This document shows positions 1 through 12,278 of a stretch of 64,000 nucleotides of DNA, piece by piece. A program made the position numbers and the translations under genes. Numbering within the stretch: the first letter of the stretch is position 1; every line of letters starts with the position of its first letter. The DNA lies in NCBI GenBank assembly GCA_964016885.1, contig OZ024759.1, forward strand, positions 21,204,001 through 21,268,000, given 5' to 3'. Source of the DNA: Eledone cirrhosa (lineage: Eukaryota). Below the pieces are notes generated by a model. It saw only the letters and a list, made by a program, of their open reading frames with translations. It made no database searches and had not been told where the DNA came from.

Positions 1-217
1 GGACTAGTTTGACATATGATCATACCACCTCAGATTTTTCCCGTTTATGGGGACCAATATGATGTACGAAGGTATTTGTAAGACCTCTGGTTACGTGACT
101 ATACCACCTCAGTTCACCTGGACTAGTTTGACATATGATCATACCACCTCAGATTTTTCCCGTTTATGGGGACCAATATGATGTACGAAGGTATTTGTAA
201 GACCTCTGGTTACGTGG
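1..217. repeat. 120-bp tandem repeat, about 1.8 copies visible, probably continuing upstream of the window
   Basis: 1-97 recurs essentially exactly at 121-217 (period 120). Confidence 0.9.
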
Positions 218-394
218 CCGAACCATCCTAGCCCTCTTTTCTCCACAGATTAGGTTTTTATGGAGGCTGTTGTGATGGTGGTGGTTTGGGGGGACCTGCC
301 CGTCTACGATGTGGTCTACGTTTAATATAAGATACCGCATATCTCATGTCTTGTTACTGACATAACTAGGGCTGATCTAGCGGGTAAATAACGA

Positions 395-900
395 TTTCTA
401 GTAGAGGCACAAGGCCAGCAATTTTGGGGGAGGGGAATGTCGATTAAATCGACCCCAGTGAGTGACTGGTACTTTATTTTATCGACCCCGTAAGGATGAA
501 AGGCAAAGTTAAGCTCAGCGGGATTTGAACTCAGACTGTAAAGGGGCGTGACTCTATGCTACAAAGCATAACGTCCGACCCTCTACCGATACTACCAATC
601 CACCATTGCTTATAATAATTGTTTCTACTTTTGGCACAAGGCCAGCAATTACCCAGTGTATTACTGGTGCTTTATTTTATCGATCCTGTAAGGATGAAAG
701 GCAAAGCATAACGTCCGACCCTCTACCGATACTGCCAATCCACCGCTCAAATGTCATTATAATAATGTGAAGACTTGTTTAGCAATTCAAGTAAAAGAAA
801 ATTTGATGATATAGACCCCAGCATTTGACTGGTACTTTATTTTTATCGACACCGGAAAGATGAAAAGCAAAGTTGACCATGGCTGGATTTGAACTCAGAA
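395..900 (-). mobile_element. Cluster of 3 tRNA-derived SINE copies (395-604 full, 618-746 deleted, ~815-900 partial)
   Basis: Reverse complement reads GGTGGATTGGCAGTATCGGT (pol III A-box-like) ... GAGTTCAAATCCC (B box) ... CCTTTCATCCTTACGGGGTCGATAAAATAAAGTACC (conserved core resembling Meta/Nin-type SINE domains, from memory) ... GGCCTTGTGCC...TAGAAAC plus a (TTA)n tail. About 30 copies in the window. Confidence 0.85.
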
Positions 901-1389
901 TACACATGGCCGAATCACATGCCACAAAAGATTTTGTCTTAAACTCTAGCAATTCCCAAATAAAACATTTGATTGTGTATCAAAGCAGCCCTGGGGGTAA
1001 GGTTCACGAAAAGACCCATAGTTCCATGACCAAAACCTCAGATCATAGCTTTCGTTTCTCCACAGAATATGAGGTTTTCATGAAGGCCATTGTGATGGTG
1101 GATGATTTGGTGGACCTGCTCGTCTATGATGAGGTCTTTGTTTACCTCAGAAGTTGCGGTAGTTAGTACTTCATGTCTGGCTACCACAACCAGGGCTGAC
1201 CTGGAGGATAAGGTCCACGAAAACAACCATACTTTCAATGGGGAACAAGAGTTTACGTACCCATCAGTTAGACCTGCTAAAAAGAAGAGCTAAACCACCC
1301 TCAAATCATAGCCCAATCGTTTTAATAATAAAACAAGCAAACACTTTTTAAAAAGGGCAAAAGAATTATTAAATAGATGTAATAAGTAC

Positions 1390-1945
1390 ATACCACTGTA
1401 ACCCCACCACTATCATACTACTCCCTACCACCACCACCACCACTACTAACCAGTTTCACAAATATGACGGGATAGTCATGGCTGGAATGCTTTCGGTTAT
1501 ATTGTCATAACTTCTGCTTAATCAGACTGAACTGAGGATTTATATTTATTCCTTCAACCACACCGTTACTAGACCACCACCACCTTTATACCACCACCAC
1601 CACCATATAACCACACCATTACTGCACCACCACAATCACCATATAACTACACCGTTACTACACCACCACCATTACTGCACCACCACAACCACCTTATACC
1701 CCACCACCACCACCATATAACCATACCATACCATTAATACCATCACCACCACCACCACCACCACCACTGTATAACCACAGTTACTACACTGCCACTATCA
1801 CACACAACCCATATAACTTATTCCACTACCCCCCAGCCACCCCGCCATAAGCGTCATTAAGTCATAATAATATAGCACGGTGTGTATAAGGGGTACCACC
1901 ACGACCACCACCACCACAACACCAACAACAACACCAACAACGGCA
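1390..1945. repeat. Degenerate (CAC/TAC/AAC)n low-complexity tract
   Basis: Seen directly in the sequence. Confidence 0.8.
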
Positions 1946-2177
1946 CATAAACAAACACTATCTGTTTTTCAACCCCATATATAGTAGGGAAGGGCAGGCG
2001 AGCCATGAAGTGTAAGCGCTTTTACTCTATACCCCTATTAACGCCAATGCCATTATCTCCAGGCCGTAATTTCACATAAATGCACCCCGCATCACCCCCA
2101 CCCCACCCACCTTCGTCGCCATTGCTCCATCTCCTCCTCCCAATTCTATTTTTTTATTTAGAAGTCGATACATGCTA

Positions 2178-2248
2178 TTAGTGTGTATGTGTATGTATGA
2201 GGTATGTGTGTATACGTATGTGTGTATATATATATATATGTATATGTA

Positions 2249-2292
<44 letters not shown>

Positions 2293-2641
2293 AAATAGAA
2301 AGAGATTATAAAACAAGACTTGTAATACACACCGGTTTTCTTGTGTGTGTGTATATATATATGTGTGTGTGTGTGTGTTAAACGTGAGTTTAGTGTATAT
2401 CTATGGAATGTAGGAATGTATCTATATGTCGGTAAGTGTATGATATATACACACGTGTATATATATATATATATACGTGTGAGTGTGTGTACATACGTAT
2501 GTGTGTGGGGGTATATATAGATATGTGTGTATATATGTATATACATATATGTGTGTGTGTGTACATGTATATATGTGTATATGTGTGTGTATATATATAT
2601 ATATATATGTATATGTATATGTGTATATATATATGTGTGTG

Positions 2642-2678
<37 letters not shown>

Positions 2679-2700
2679 ATACATACACACACATGCATAC
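2178..2700. repeat. Compound (TG)n/(TA)n microsatellite field
   Basis: Dinucleotide tracts; the His/Thr/Ile/Tyr ORFs here are artefacts. Confidence 0.95.
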
Positions 2701-3364
2701 ACTTCTCTTCCTTGTCTTATCTTCATTGTTGGCAGCCATTTTACAAGAAGAATTTATCATTGCGAATGAAAGAAGAAAAGGAAATAAGTAAGAAAGCGAG
2801 GTTGTGGGGTGGTGTGAGGAGCTGTTGGTTTGTGTGGTGGTGTGAGGGGTGTTGGGTTGTGTGGTGGTGTGTTAATGGTAACATGACCTCCGTCGTATTT
2901 CCATCTGTGCCTCCGGACCGATTAAGCTGTCATTACACCGTCTTACGACGCTGACCCCCTCTGTCATTATCTCCCTGTTTAAATAAAGAGCGCATGTATG
3001 TACGTTAAATGTGTGTATGTATGTATGTATGTATGTATATATATATATATATATATATAGTCTGTCTGTGTGTATGTGTATATATATATATATAAATATA
3101 TATAAATGTTTTTGTGTATATATATATATATATATACATACAGACAATATGTGTGTGGGGAGGTGCCTCTCTTTACTGTCTTAGTTACACTAACGTACTG
3201 AGCAGTCAAGACAGCGGGTGGGTAAGTCGGTGGGTGGAGGGCAAACGGAGCAGTGGTGTGGTGTGGTCTGATGTGTGGGTCGGGCGTGCTTTAATGTCGC
3301 TATACCCGTCACCAATCTCTATTCAAGGAGGCGACAACGAAGTCGCAATGCTAAATTATCCCAA

Positions 3365-3414
<50 letters not shown>

Positions 3415-3704
3415 GCACACACTCACACACAATCAGCCAGTGGTTGTTTTTGTTGTTGTTGTCAGGCCACTAAGGGAGTCTCTTCTACGCTATTGCTCCA
3501 CAGATTCGCTAGAAATAGCAGTCACATTTCCCTCAAATCTTTCACAAAAGGCCCACTGCCTCATGAAGTCAGTCCTACACAGAGCTAAAATGACGGGGTG
3601 GTCACCGATGGAATCCATTTGATCATATTCTGTTACACAGTCAATCATCTTAAAAAGCAAGTCAAGAATACAGCGCAAATCTTCAATTTGATCTTCGTGA
3701 CTCC

Positions 3705-3990
3705 CCTGACCTCTGGTGGGTGATGACCGAACAAATACGATCGCAAATACCAGCGACCGAAATGGAGTTTCTTTGAATAGTCTTTGGAGTAACGTTACAC
3801 GATATGTTGCGTAGCTCGGAGATCAGGGAGTTGCTCAAGGCAGAGCCGCTGCTTCACCGTATCAAGACATCACAGCTCCAATACTACAGACATGTGATTA
3901 GAATGCTCAAGGAAAGAATCACTGGACAGATTGATTTTACAGTCAAAACTAACTGAGAGGAAACCCAAGGGTAGAACCCGGGCACAATAC
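3705..3990 (+). mobile_element. Decayed RTE-clade (Expander/Rex3-like) LINE, ORF C-terminal fragment
   Basis: Translates as WVMTEQIRSQIPATEMEFL*IVFGVTLHDMLRSSEIRELLKAEPLLHRIKTSQLQYYRHVIRM, matching the Expander-type pattern WVMTERTRSRIQAAEMSFLRR..RSS.IRE.L.VEPLLL.IE.SQLRWFGH..RM. Contains stops. Confidence 0.75.
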
Positions 3991-4649
3991 TTGGTCTGAC
4001 CGAATCAATCAATGACGGTTTCTTCTGATAGAATCCCCCAAGGACTCCAAAAAATGGATAACCAGTAGTATGTAACTTACTTTGATAATTTTGACAGGTT
4101 TCGGCCAGTATTTACCCAGGCCATGTCTACCTTAATAGCACCATCTGTATATTGTTTATAACTTGAAATTTAGATCTTTGCTCAATGATACTCAATAGTC
4201 TTGAATAAAGTACTTAAAATATTGAGCGGACCTCCAGAAGGGATACCTAAATGTTTTTGACAAAATATTTGAAATTTTGAACTTAGCTCACGTGCCCCTG
4301 TCCCCAGAAGAATGGATTCCAAATAGTGTGTGTGTGTGTGTATGATATATTTTTAACAAAATACTCTCGGGTCCCAAATAATAAGTGTGGTGGTGGTGTG
4401 GGGTCTGAAAAATTAATAAGCAGTAGTGAGGACCATTATTCGAGATCCGAGACTACCTGAAATTTTGAACTTAGCTCACAGAACCCCAAAAGAATGGAAA
4501 TCTAATAGTGTGTAGGGTTAGCGGGACTCCTGCAAGGTTGTTACAACCCTCACCTATGTATGTTTATCTGGCGTCCTAGAAGGTTGCACCTCATAGGAGG
4601 TTTCTCGGCTGTTTTAATAATAGGGACCTATCATGAAAAAAAAAAAAAA

Positions 4650-4745
4650 AGCATCGTGAAATGAAATGTTTGTTCATAAACATCCCGATCCGGGATCCGA
4701 ACCCATGATCGAGAGTCCAATAACGCTGACCACGCAGTCATGTGG
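4650..4745 (-). mobile_element. 5' head of a tRNA/CORE-type SINE on the minus strand
   Basis: Reverse complement has an A-box-like start, a GGTTCGGATCCC B box and a GAACAAACATTTCATTTCAC CORE-like segment. Confidence 0.55.
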
Positions 4746-5044
4746 TTAGTTAAGCGTATTCGGCTCCAGAGTTCGATTCCCGGCAGTGCGTTGTACCCTT
4801 GAGCAAAACACTTTATTTGATGTCCACACAGCTGTGTGGGGAAATGAGTTGTAGATGTAAGTCAAAGGGCCAACTTTGCTCTACAGTTTGTTTCGTTGAA
4901 TTTCACTTCTATGAACTACGCTGAGGATAACATGTGTTGTGGAATGCTCAGCCACTTGCACGTTAATTTCACGAGCGGGTTGTTTGTCGTTCCATTGATT
5001 GAATCAACTGGAGCACTCTTCGTCGGAAGCGACGGAGGTCCAAC
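4737..5044 (+). mobile_element. Octopus-type CORE-SINE (OR-like), near full length and diverged
   Basis: B box GAGTTCGATTCCC, CORE-like GTTGTACCCTTGAGCAAAACACTTTATTT, body GCTCAGCCACTTGCACGTTAATTTCACGAGC. Related fragments at 32016-32160 and 61750-61855. Confidence 0.75.
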
Positions 5045-5377
5045 AGATATCTCTACTATGGCTGGCTATAATATCCTGTTGTGCTTAAGCCAATGTTCGC
5101 ATATAATAAAAAGGAAAATAAGGGAAAAAAAAGTAATACTCTGCAAACATGTAGTAAACTTGTAATGGCGGAGAATAAAAGATGGTGGCTGTGGCGGGCG
5201 TGGAGTGGTGCTGGTAGGGGTTGTGCTAATACATACAACCATTTCCTCCACTCATTCAATTAAGGACTGAACACTTGACATTAAAGGAGAGCGTAATTAA
5301 TTCCATTGCTTCATCACACATTATCACTTGGAATAGCTTTTAAAATGGCCACCGTAGTAACCGCGGCTCTTTACTAG

Positions 5378-5720
5378 CGTTGTTGTTGTTGTAGTTGTTT
5401 TTGTGGTGGTGGTGGTGGTGGTTGTAGTTGTAGTGGTGGCGGTTGTAGCAGTGGTGGTTGTTGTTGTAGTTGTTTTTGTGGTGGTGGTGGTGGTTGTTGT
5501 TGTTATTGTAGTGGTGGTTGTTGTTGTAGTTGTTTTTGTGGTGGTGGTGGTTGTTGTAGTTGTTGTTGTTGTGGTGGTGGTTGTTGTTGTTATTGTAGCG
5601 GTGGTTGTTGTAGTGGTGGTGGTGGTGGTGGTTGTTGCAGTGGTGGTGGTGGTTGTTGTAGTGGTGGTTTTTATAGTTGTAGTGGTGGTTGTGTTGTGGT
5701 GGTAGTTGTTGTTGTTGATT
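5378..5720. repeat. (GTT/GGT/GTA)n trinucleotide tract
   Basis: Seen directly; source of the poly-Val and poly-His/Asn ORFs. Confidence 0.95.
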
Positions 5721-6301
5721 GATGCTTTGTTGCTGTTCGCGTATGAAAAAAATATATATAATTGATCCGATATTGAACGTACAAACTATCACATGCCCCC
5801 TCTGCCCTCTCTCTCCCCTCCCTGTTTCTGTCCTCCTCACCCTTTGCTCTATACCCCCTCCCTCTCTCTCAAGAACAAAATGGTTGGAGACAGAACCATT
5901 TTGCCCCTAAAACCAACTCAACTCTTTTGTACATGAAAACGTCTTTGTTACTTATTTCCGGTTCTACTACCCCACCCCCCACCCCTCTCTCGGCATGTAT
6001 AACTCTTTCCCCGTAAACTTTCTCTGTCGCTTACTCACTCCGTTAACAGAATAGACCAGTTTTCGAGGCTAATGATATGGCGTGGCAAAACTAGCATTGA
6101 TTAGTATGCGCATTACTAATTTTGCCCACTGAAACGATCGTAAAACAATGAATTAATCAACTACTCCAGCGGGCCTTTTCTATATCCGTTTTCTTCGTTG
6201 TTTAACGTTATATATCAGAAACTGTGGCGTTCAAAAGCCACACGATGGGTACAAGGATTGCACTCTGCTTCGAATGGATATTAACATCAATACAACATAA
6301 T

Positions 6302-6392
6302 TGTTACTACGTTTGGCACAAGGCCAGCAATTACCCAGTGCATTACTGGTACTTTATTTTATCGACCTCGTAAGGATGAAAGGCAAAGTCAA
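6302..6392 (-). mobile_element. 3' half of the tRNA-derived SINE
   Basis: GGCACAAGGCCAGCAATTACCCAGTGCATTACTGGTACTTTATTTTATCGAC...GGATGAAAGGCAAAGTCAAC. Confidence 0.85.
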
Positions 6393-6432
6393 CATAATGA
6401 TCTAAAATGGTTATAAATCCTTCCCCGGCATT

Positions 6433-6534
6433 GATGTGTGTATGTAGATGTATATGTATGTATGTATATATATATATGTGTGTGTATATATATATGTATG
6501 TATATATGTGTGTATATATATATGTATGTATATA

Positions 6535-6566
<32 letters not shown>

Positions 6567-6955
6567 TGTATATATATATATGTATATATGTGTGTGTATA
6601 TGTATGTATATGTGTGTATATGTATGTATATATGTGTGTGTGTATATATATATATATATGTGTGTATATATATATGTATATGTGTTTGTGTATATATATG
6701 TATGTGTGTATATATATATATATGTATATATATATATGTATGTATATATATGTGTGAGTGTATATATAAATATGTATGTATATATGTGTGTGAGTATATA
6801 TATTTATATTTATATATGTGTGTGAGTATATATATATATATATTATGTGTGTGTAAATATATATGTGTATATATAAATGTGTGTATGGGTGTGGGTATAT
6901 ATGTATGTATATGTGTGTGTGCATATATATCTATATATGTATGTATATATGTGAC

Positions 6956-7020
<65 letters not shown>
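6433..7020. repeat. Compound (TA)n/(TG)n microsatellite field
   Basis: Seen directly. Confidence 0.95.
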
Positions 7021-7022
<2 letters not shown>

Positions 7023-7432
7023 GAGACTATAAGTAACAGCGGTGGAAGTGGCAATAGCTGCAGTTAAAAGCCAGAAGCGGGAAAAAATATCAACAACATT
7101 TCTCGTAACAACATGGCGACCGTTGGCGATGACTATTGATGACGTAACAAGTTTCCTGTATATATCACACGAAAGCATTAACCAATCAGAATAGATGATT
7201 GTTTCCAAGATGATCATCAGCACGAAGATTGTCTTTATAAGAGATTTTATCAACACCACCACCACGTCACACACACACACACACACAATGTAAATATCGA
7301 TAAATAGAAAATATCGACTTGTTGATCAATAACCCCTCGATGCAAATTAGACATTAAACTACCAAAGCAGATGGAACTCACATAGATATTGTTATAGGTA
7401 CAACTATTTTAATATCTTGCATAAGAAACATG

Positions 7433-7496
7433 ATCAATTAGAAGACACACACACACACACACAGAGACACATATATATATATATAATCAATTAGAA

Positions 7497-7538
<42 letters not shown>

Positions 7539-7550
7539 ATCAATTAGAAG

Positions 7551-7587
<37 letters not shown>

Positions 7588-7842
7588 ATCAATTAGAAGA
7601 CACACACACATCATCATCATCATCATCGTTTAACGTCCCTGTTCCACGCTTGCATGGGTTTGGACGGGGGTTTCCCACTTGAGGCAAGAGTGGTTGTCTT
7701 GCTCGCATAGGATGTCTGGCGGGTTTTCTACAGCTGGATGCCCTTCCTAACACCAACCACATTTACAGTTAGGAAGGGCATCCAGCTGTAGAAAACCCGC
7801 CAGACAGTCCTACACATATATATATATATAATCAATTAGAAG

Positions 7843-7873
<31 letters not shown>

Positions 7874-7912
7874 ATCAATTAGAACACACACACACACACA
7901 TATAAATTTAGA
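7433..7912. repeat. Tandem array of ATCAATTAGAAGA-(CA)n-(TA)n units, interrupted by a retroposon fragment
   Basis: Anchor AATCAATTAGAAGAC recurs at about 7434, 7485, 7538, 7587, 7830 and 7873. Confidence 0.85.
7609..7812 (-). mobile_element. 3' end of an RTE-associated retroposon with (ATG)n tail and a 5' inversion
   Basis: (CAT)n-CGTTTAACGTCC...GCTTGCATGGG end matches 28780-28880 and 50451-50560. A ~43-bp inverted repeat spans 7708-7812. Confidence 0.8.
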
Positions 7913-8175
7913 AGGGACAAGGTGCTGTGTGGTTACTAATAACGAGTGTTTCGAAATATAAGGTAAACAAACGAAGGACTGATCCTCTCTTCAGTTGTCT
8001 GACGTGGGCCTCGGACATTTCGACGCCTCAAATGATAAGTATATCATACACAAAACGCCAGCATCAACAGTTTTCCAAGAGATGTCAACATAAATGGACC
8101 TGTTATTTTTCTCTAAACAAATATTTTCCGACTCCACCATACCCGTCCCATCTATCTTTGTCATTTCAGATTCTT

Positions 8176-8209
8176 CTTCTGATGAATGACTAGCGTCCGA
8201 AACGTTAAG
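8176..8209 (+). ncRNA. Minimal type I hammerhead ribozyme motif (PLE-type, family F2)
   Basis: CTT-CTGATGA-a-tGAC tagc GTCc-GAA-ACGT-T-AAG: stem I CTT/AAG and palindromic stem III ACGT. Homologues at about 29595, 30502 and 33570. Confidence 0.6.
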
Positions 8210-8295
8210 CCCCCCTTCAATGTATTTCAAGCGTTAAACCAATATATTCCTTCCTTCCATATATTATACCGTTTGTGTTGTTATTTCTGTTTACC

Positions 8296-8359
<64 letters not shown>

Positions 8360-8385
8360 ACACACACACACACACATACATACAT

Positions 8386-8583
8386 ATAGGAACGAGTAGG
8401 ACCCCGACGGCTGAGCTCAAGCCGTTTCGACGGCTAATTCTATAGTCCAGAATTAGCCGTCGAAACGGCTTGAGCTCAGCCGTCGGGGTCCTACTCGTTC
8501 CTATTACCCACTCTACTACCCTAAGTATTGAGTACTTTGGTGCGTTATGGTCCACCTGGTTCCTTACCACATTTCCTTCGTTA
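8386..8583 (+). mobile_element. Fold-back PLE-like mini-element, family F1 (inverted arm + arm + ~78-nt tail) between (CA/TA)n tracts
   Basis: 8386-8441 is the reverse complement of 8448-8504; the tail TACCCACTCTACTACC...CCTTCG runs into (TA)n. About 15 copies in the window. Confidence 0.75.
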
Positions 8584-8838
8584 TATATATATATATACTC
8601 ACACACACATGAATATTGTTTTCAAAAATTATATTTAAGTGAAAACATTTACAGTATAAGTAAGCCTTACAAGCAAAAAATACATTTCAAAATAAAAATG
8701 TAATTTCACCTACAAATTCGTGCCTATGTCGCGGTTTCTATCCGGCAAAGAAATAGATATTAAGATAATTAATTAACGTATATATATATATATAATACAA
8801 GTTTGTTTTGAAACAGTGAGCGAGTTTGAAATTAGAAA

Positions 8839-9029
8839 TATAATCTTTCGCCGTATTTTTTTTACTAAAGAAACTTTAGCCTGGCAATGGGGTTTAGAAC
8901 CCTCTAAGAAGTGGAAAAAGATGAGTATTGGTACGTCAATACTCATCTTTTTCCATATCTTAGAGGGTTCTAAGCCCCACTATTAGGCTTAAATTTCTTT
9001 AGTAAAAACAATAGGGCGAAAACTTTATA
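8839..9029. repeat. Imperfect ~90-bp-arm inverted repeat (fold-back) with TA-rich flanks
   Basis: TGGAAAAAGATGAGTATTG-gtacgt-CAATACTCATCTTTTTCCA at the centre; pairing extends to TTTCGCC/GGCGAAA. Confidence 0.85.
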
Positions 9030-9093
9030 TATATATATATTGAAATAACAGATTAAAGTTTAAGCAAAGAATCGCTGCTTTCACCCTTAAGAG

Positions 9094-9208
9094 TCGCTGT
9101 CGAAACGGCCGGAGCTCAGCCGTCGGCGTCCTGACTCTTTTCCTATTACCCACTCTACTACCCTAAGTATCGAGTAGTCTGGTGCGTTATGGTCCACCTG
9201 GTTCGTTA
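9094..9208 (+). mobile_element. F1 element, single arm + tail
   Basis: GCTGTCGAAACGGCCGGAGCTCAGCCGTC...CCTATTACCCACTCTACTACC...(TA)n. Confidence 0.75.
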
Positions 9209-9512
9209 TATATATATATATATATATAATCTGGAGCGAGAGACTCCTAGTCTTCATTAAAACACTCTGATATATAACTTGCGACTTCGTTTGCATCCAA
9301 TGTAGTTCTTCTCTTTGGGCAAATGCATTCGATGTTCAGAGAGTGAGATTGGCCTTGTGCAAAGCCTTTCCTCACTTAAAAAAAGCTTCAAGCGCAGGCA
9401 TTGCATGGACATAGGCAAGTCCTTAGCAGGACTAAAAATCCAGGTCCGTGATGCTCATACTTAAGTATCAAGCGATGGCATTACTCGAAATCGAGTTGCA
9501 GCCATTATCATT

Positions 9513-9577
<65 letters not shown>

Positions 9578-9581
<4 letters not shown>

Positions 9582-9782
9582 AATCCTATTGTACAGCGAC
9601 CACGTTATTCTTCACTCATTTACTTTTATTACTCCAAGAACCGCTTACCTAGGAAGTCTTTTAAATCGGCCACCCGACTAAGGAAACTTCTTGTTGAGTC
9701 AAACAACGCCGAACGTTTAAACTATCCTCAATACCGAGTACTCATAACCTCTCTTTGGATTACCTTAAACGATATCTCGTTA

Positions 9783-9788
<6 letters not shown>
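9578..9788 (+). mobile_element. (TA)n-embedded element, family F7 (diverged homologue of 29110-29300 in the opposite orientation)
   Basis: GACCACGTTATTCTTCACTC..TTATTACTCCAAG..CTTGTTGAGTCAAACAACGCCG..GGATTACC matches the reverse complement of 29110-29295. Confidence 0.65.
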
Positions 9789-9855
<67 letters not shown>

Positions 9856-10185
9856 GAGAGAGAGAGAGAGAGAGAGAAGTAACCGTTTCTGCGCATACGT
9901 ATTCATACGGTTGTTTTTCCTTTTCCGTACAACTTCACTCAGACCGAGCGTTATTCTTTCTGACGACTGAAGACATATATAAATATCTGTCTTCAAGAAA
10001 CCACTGGTAAATGAATTAATTATCTTATGTTGTTTATTACATAACTATAAATATTTATATAATTATATATTCGTGTACAGATATTTTTACATACACAATA
10101 ACAAAATATAAACAAACGTATTTATTTCACAAGGCTCGATAAGGATAAATATATATCAAATATATAAAAAAAACCTAGAGCAAAT

Positions 10186-10214
10186 CCCGAGCAACGCCGG
10201 GTCATTCTGCTAGT
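10186..10214 (+). mobile_element. Helitron-type 3' terminus (hairpin + CTAG|T)
   Basis: CCCGAGCAACGCCGGG hairpin, 8-nt spacer, CTAG (10210-10213) followed by T. Confidence 0.6.
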
Positions 10215-10814
10215 ATATAATAAAGTTGTAGTTCCTGTCTGTTTGTTTGTTTGTTCACGAACTCCTATGATGTTGGAGATAGACCCCCATAACCATATAT
10301 ATTCTGAAACTACATTGCCCAGGGTACTTCGATAAGTATATTTCATTTTTAATCAAAGGGTTCCTCGGGGCTACAAACCCCCGCTTGCCCCCGCTGAAAA
10401 TTCTTTCCCTTCGATTTATATGAAACTTAAACCATAGGTAAATGACAAAATATAATGCCTATTCACAAAATTTCAGCAAATTTCAATAATATTAAGACAC
10501 CCTAATGGGCGTTAAACCTCCTATAGTGAACATTTTGGAAGCCCATAACTTGAGTATTGAAACCTCCATTGTCACGGGGTTTTTCTATTAATTAAACGTA
10601 AATCAACAAAAAAAAGCACCTCTCTTTTATATTAAAATTTGGCTAATTTAGACATTTTATCTATGGCAAAACATCACTAGAATTATGACAACAAAAGTTA
10701 TTAGTTAATGCCTCTATTTTTTTAACATTTCCCCTTTAGTTTTCCTCCATAAATTATATCATTTTCTGACAAAAAAAAAATGTGTGAAACGCAGCAAGGC
10801 GCGGATAATTCGGC

Positions 10815-10817
<3 letters not shown>
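10214..10817 (+). mobile_element. Putative non-autonomous Helitron, about 600 bp
   Basis: 5' TATATAATAAA...GTCTGTTTGTTTGTT is typical of non-autonomous Helitron 5' ends; 3' ACGCAGCAAGGCGCGG hairpin-like motif then GCTA(T). Confidence 0.45.
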
Positions 10818-10868
<51 letters not shown>

Positions 10869-11189
10869 GTGTGTGTGTGTATGGACTTCTCCGAGGTGCA
10901 GCACAGTGGAACTGAACCTAAAACCACGTGTTTTGGGAAGCTAACCCCTCAAATTAACCAAGCATACAAGCCTGCCTGCCATGTCGACGTCTATATTTGT
11001 AATTCTAACATAAAAACTTACAAAATGATCAACGTATCAAAAGCCCACGTTAACAACATACAAGGGTCTCCCCACTCGACATACACACAAGAACAAACCA
11101 CACCCAAAACCAACATGAAGAGAGAAAAAAGCGACCCACCCCGCCCCATATTACTGTTTACATTCACCCCTTTCTTCCTAAAACATATA

Positions 11190-11469
11190 ACAACATATAT
11201 ATGTATTATATATGCATATATAATATATTAATATATATTCATATATATGCTTACATAAACACACTCAGACACTTATATATATATATATGTATGTATGTGT
11301 GTGTGTGTATGCATGTGTATGTATATATTTATAAATATTTGTGTATATTTTTATACGTATATATCTATGTGTGTGTATATGTTCATGTATATGTTTATGA
11401 ATATTTATATATATTTGTATATGTATATATTTATGTATGTATGTATATATGTGTGCGTGAATGTGTATT

Positions 11470-11527
<58 letters not shown>

Positions 11528-11897
11528 CACACACACACACATACATACATACATACATACACGTATATAGAAGAAAATAACACCACAATCGGAATTCTTC
11601 AATTGGTTTGGTCTATGTCTTGGAATGAATTCCTCCACAGAGACACCCCCTCTTCCACCCCCACCCCCACCCCCGATACATATTTCCCGCCAATTACGCT
11701 ACCACTTCAAACATCAAAGGGAATTTTAAACCAAAGAAAAACTACATTTTAACGACAACCGTTCCACTCGGAAAATATATAAAATATAAGAAATAAAAAT
11801 ATACGTAAATCAACAGTAATAAAATATAAATAAAAATGATAAAATAAAATAAATGAATAAATAATAAAATAAAGGTAATAAAAATAATTAAAATAAT

Positions 11898-11942
<45 letters not shown>

Positions 11943-12242
11943 ATGTATTTGAGACTTGTAATTCTATATCAATATGTGTGTATTAGACACATATATATGC
12001 ACACATACACACGCATATACATATATATATATATATATAAATGTGTGTGTTGTATTAGGTATATAAATATGTTTAATGTATGTATATGGATGTGTATATA
12101 TATTATGTATATAAATATGTATAATGTATGTATATGGATGTGTGTATATATCAGGTGTATATATATATGGATGTGTGTATATATCAGGTGTATATAAGGA
12201 TGTGTATATATATTATGTACATATAATAAATGTATATGGATG

Positions 12243-12278
<36 letters not shown>

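Noticed and set aside
3490-3700. Protein-like minus-strand ORF (EDQIEDLRCILDLLFKMIDC..)
   Set aside because: No recognisable domain or convincing splice sites, and it abuts an RTE fragment; probably a TE relic, but a BLASTx search is needed.
7990-8075. Degenerate minus-strand hammerhead (CTGTTGA..CGTC-GAAA-TGT..ACGT-C)
   Set aside because: Core mismatch, a 4-nt insertion, no stem I and no second copy; too weak to call.
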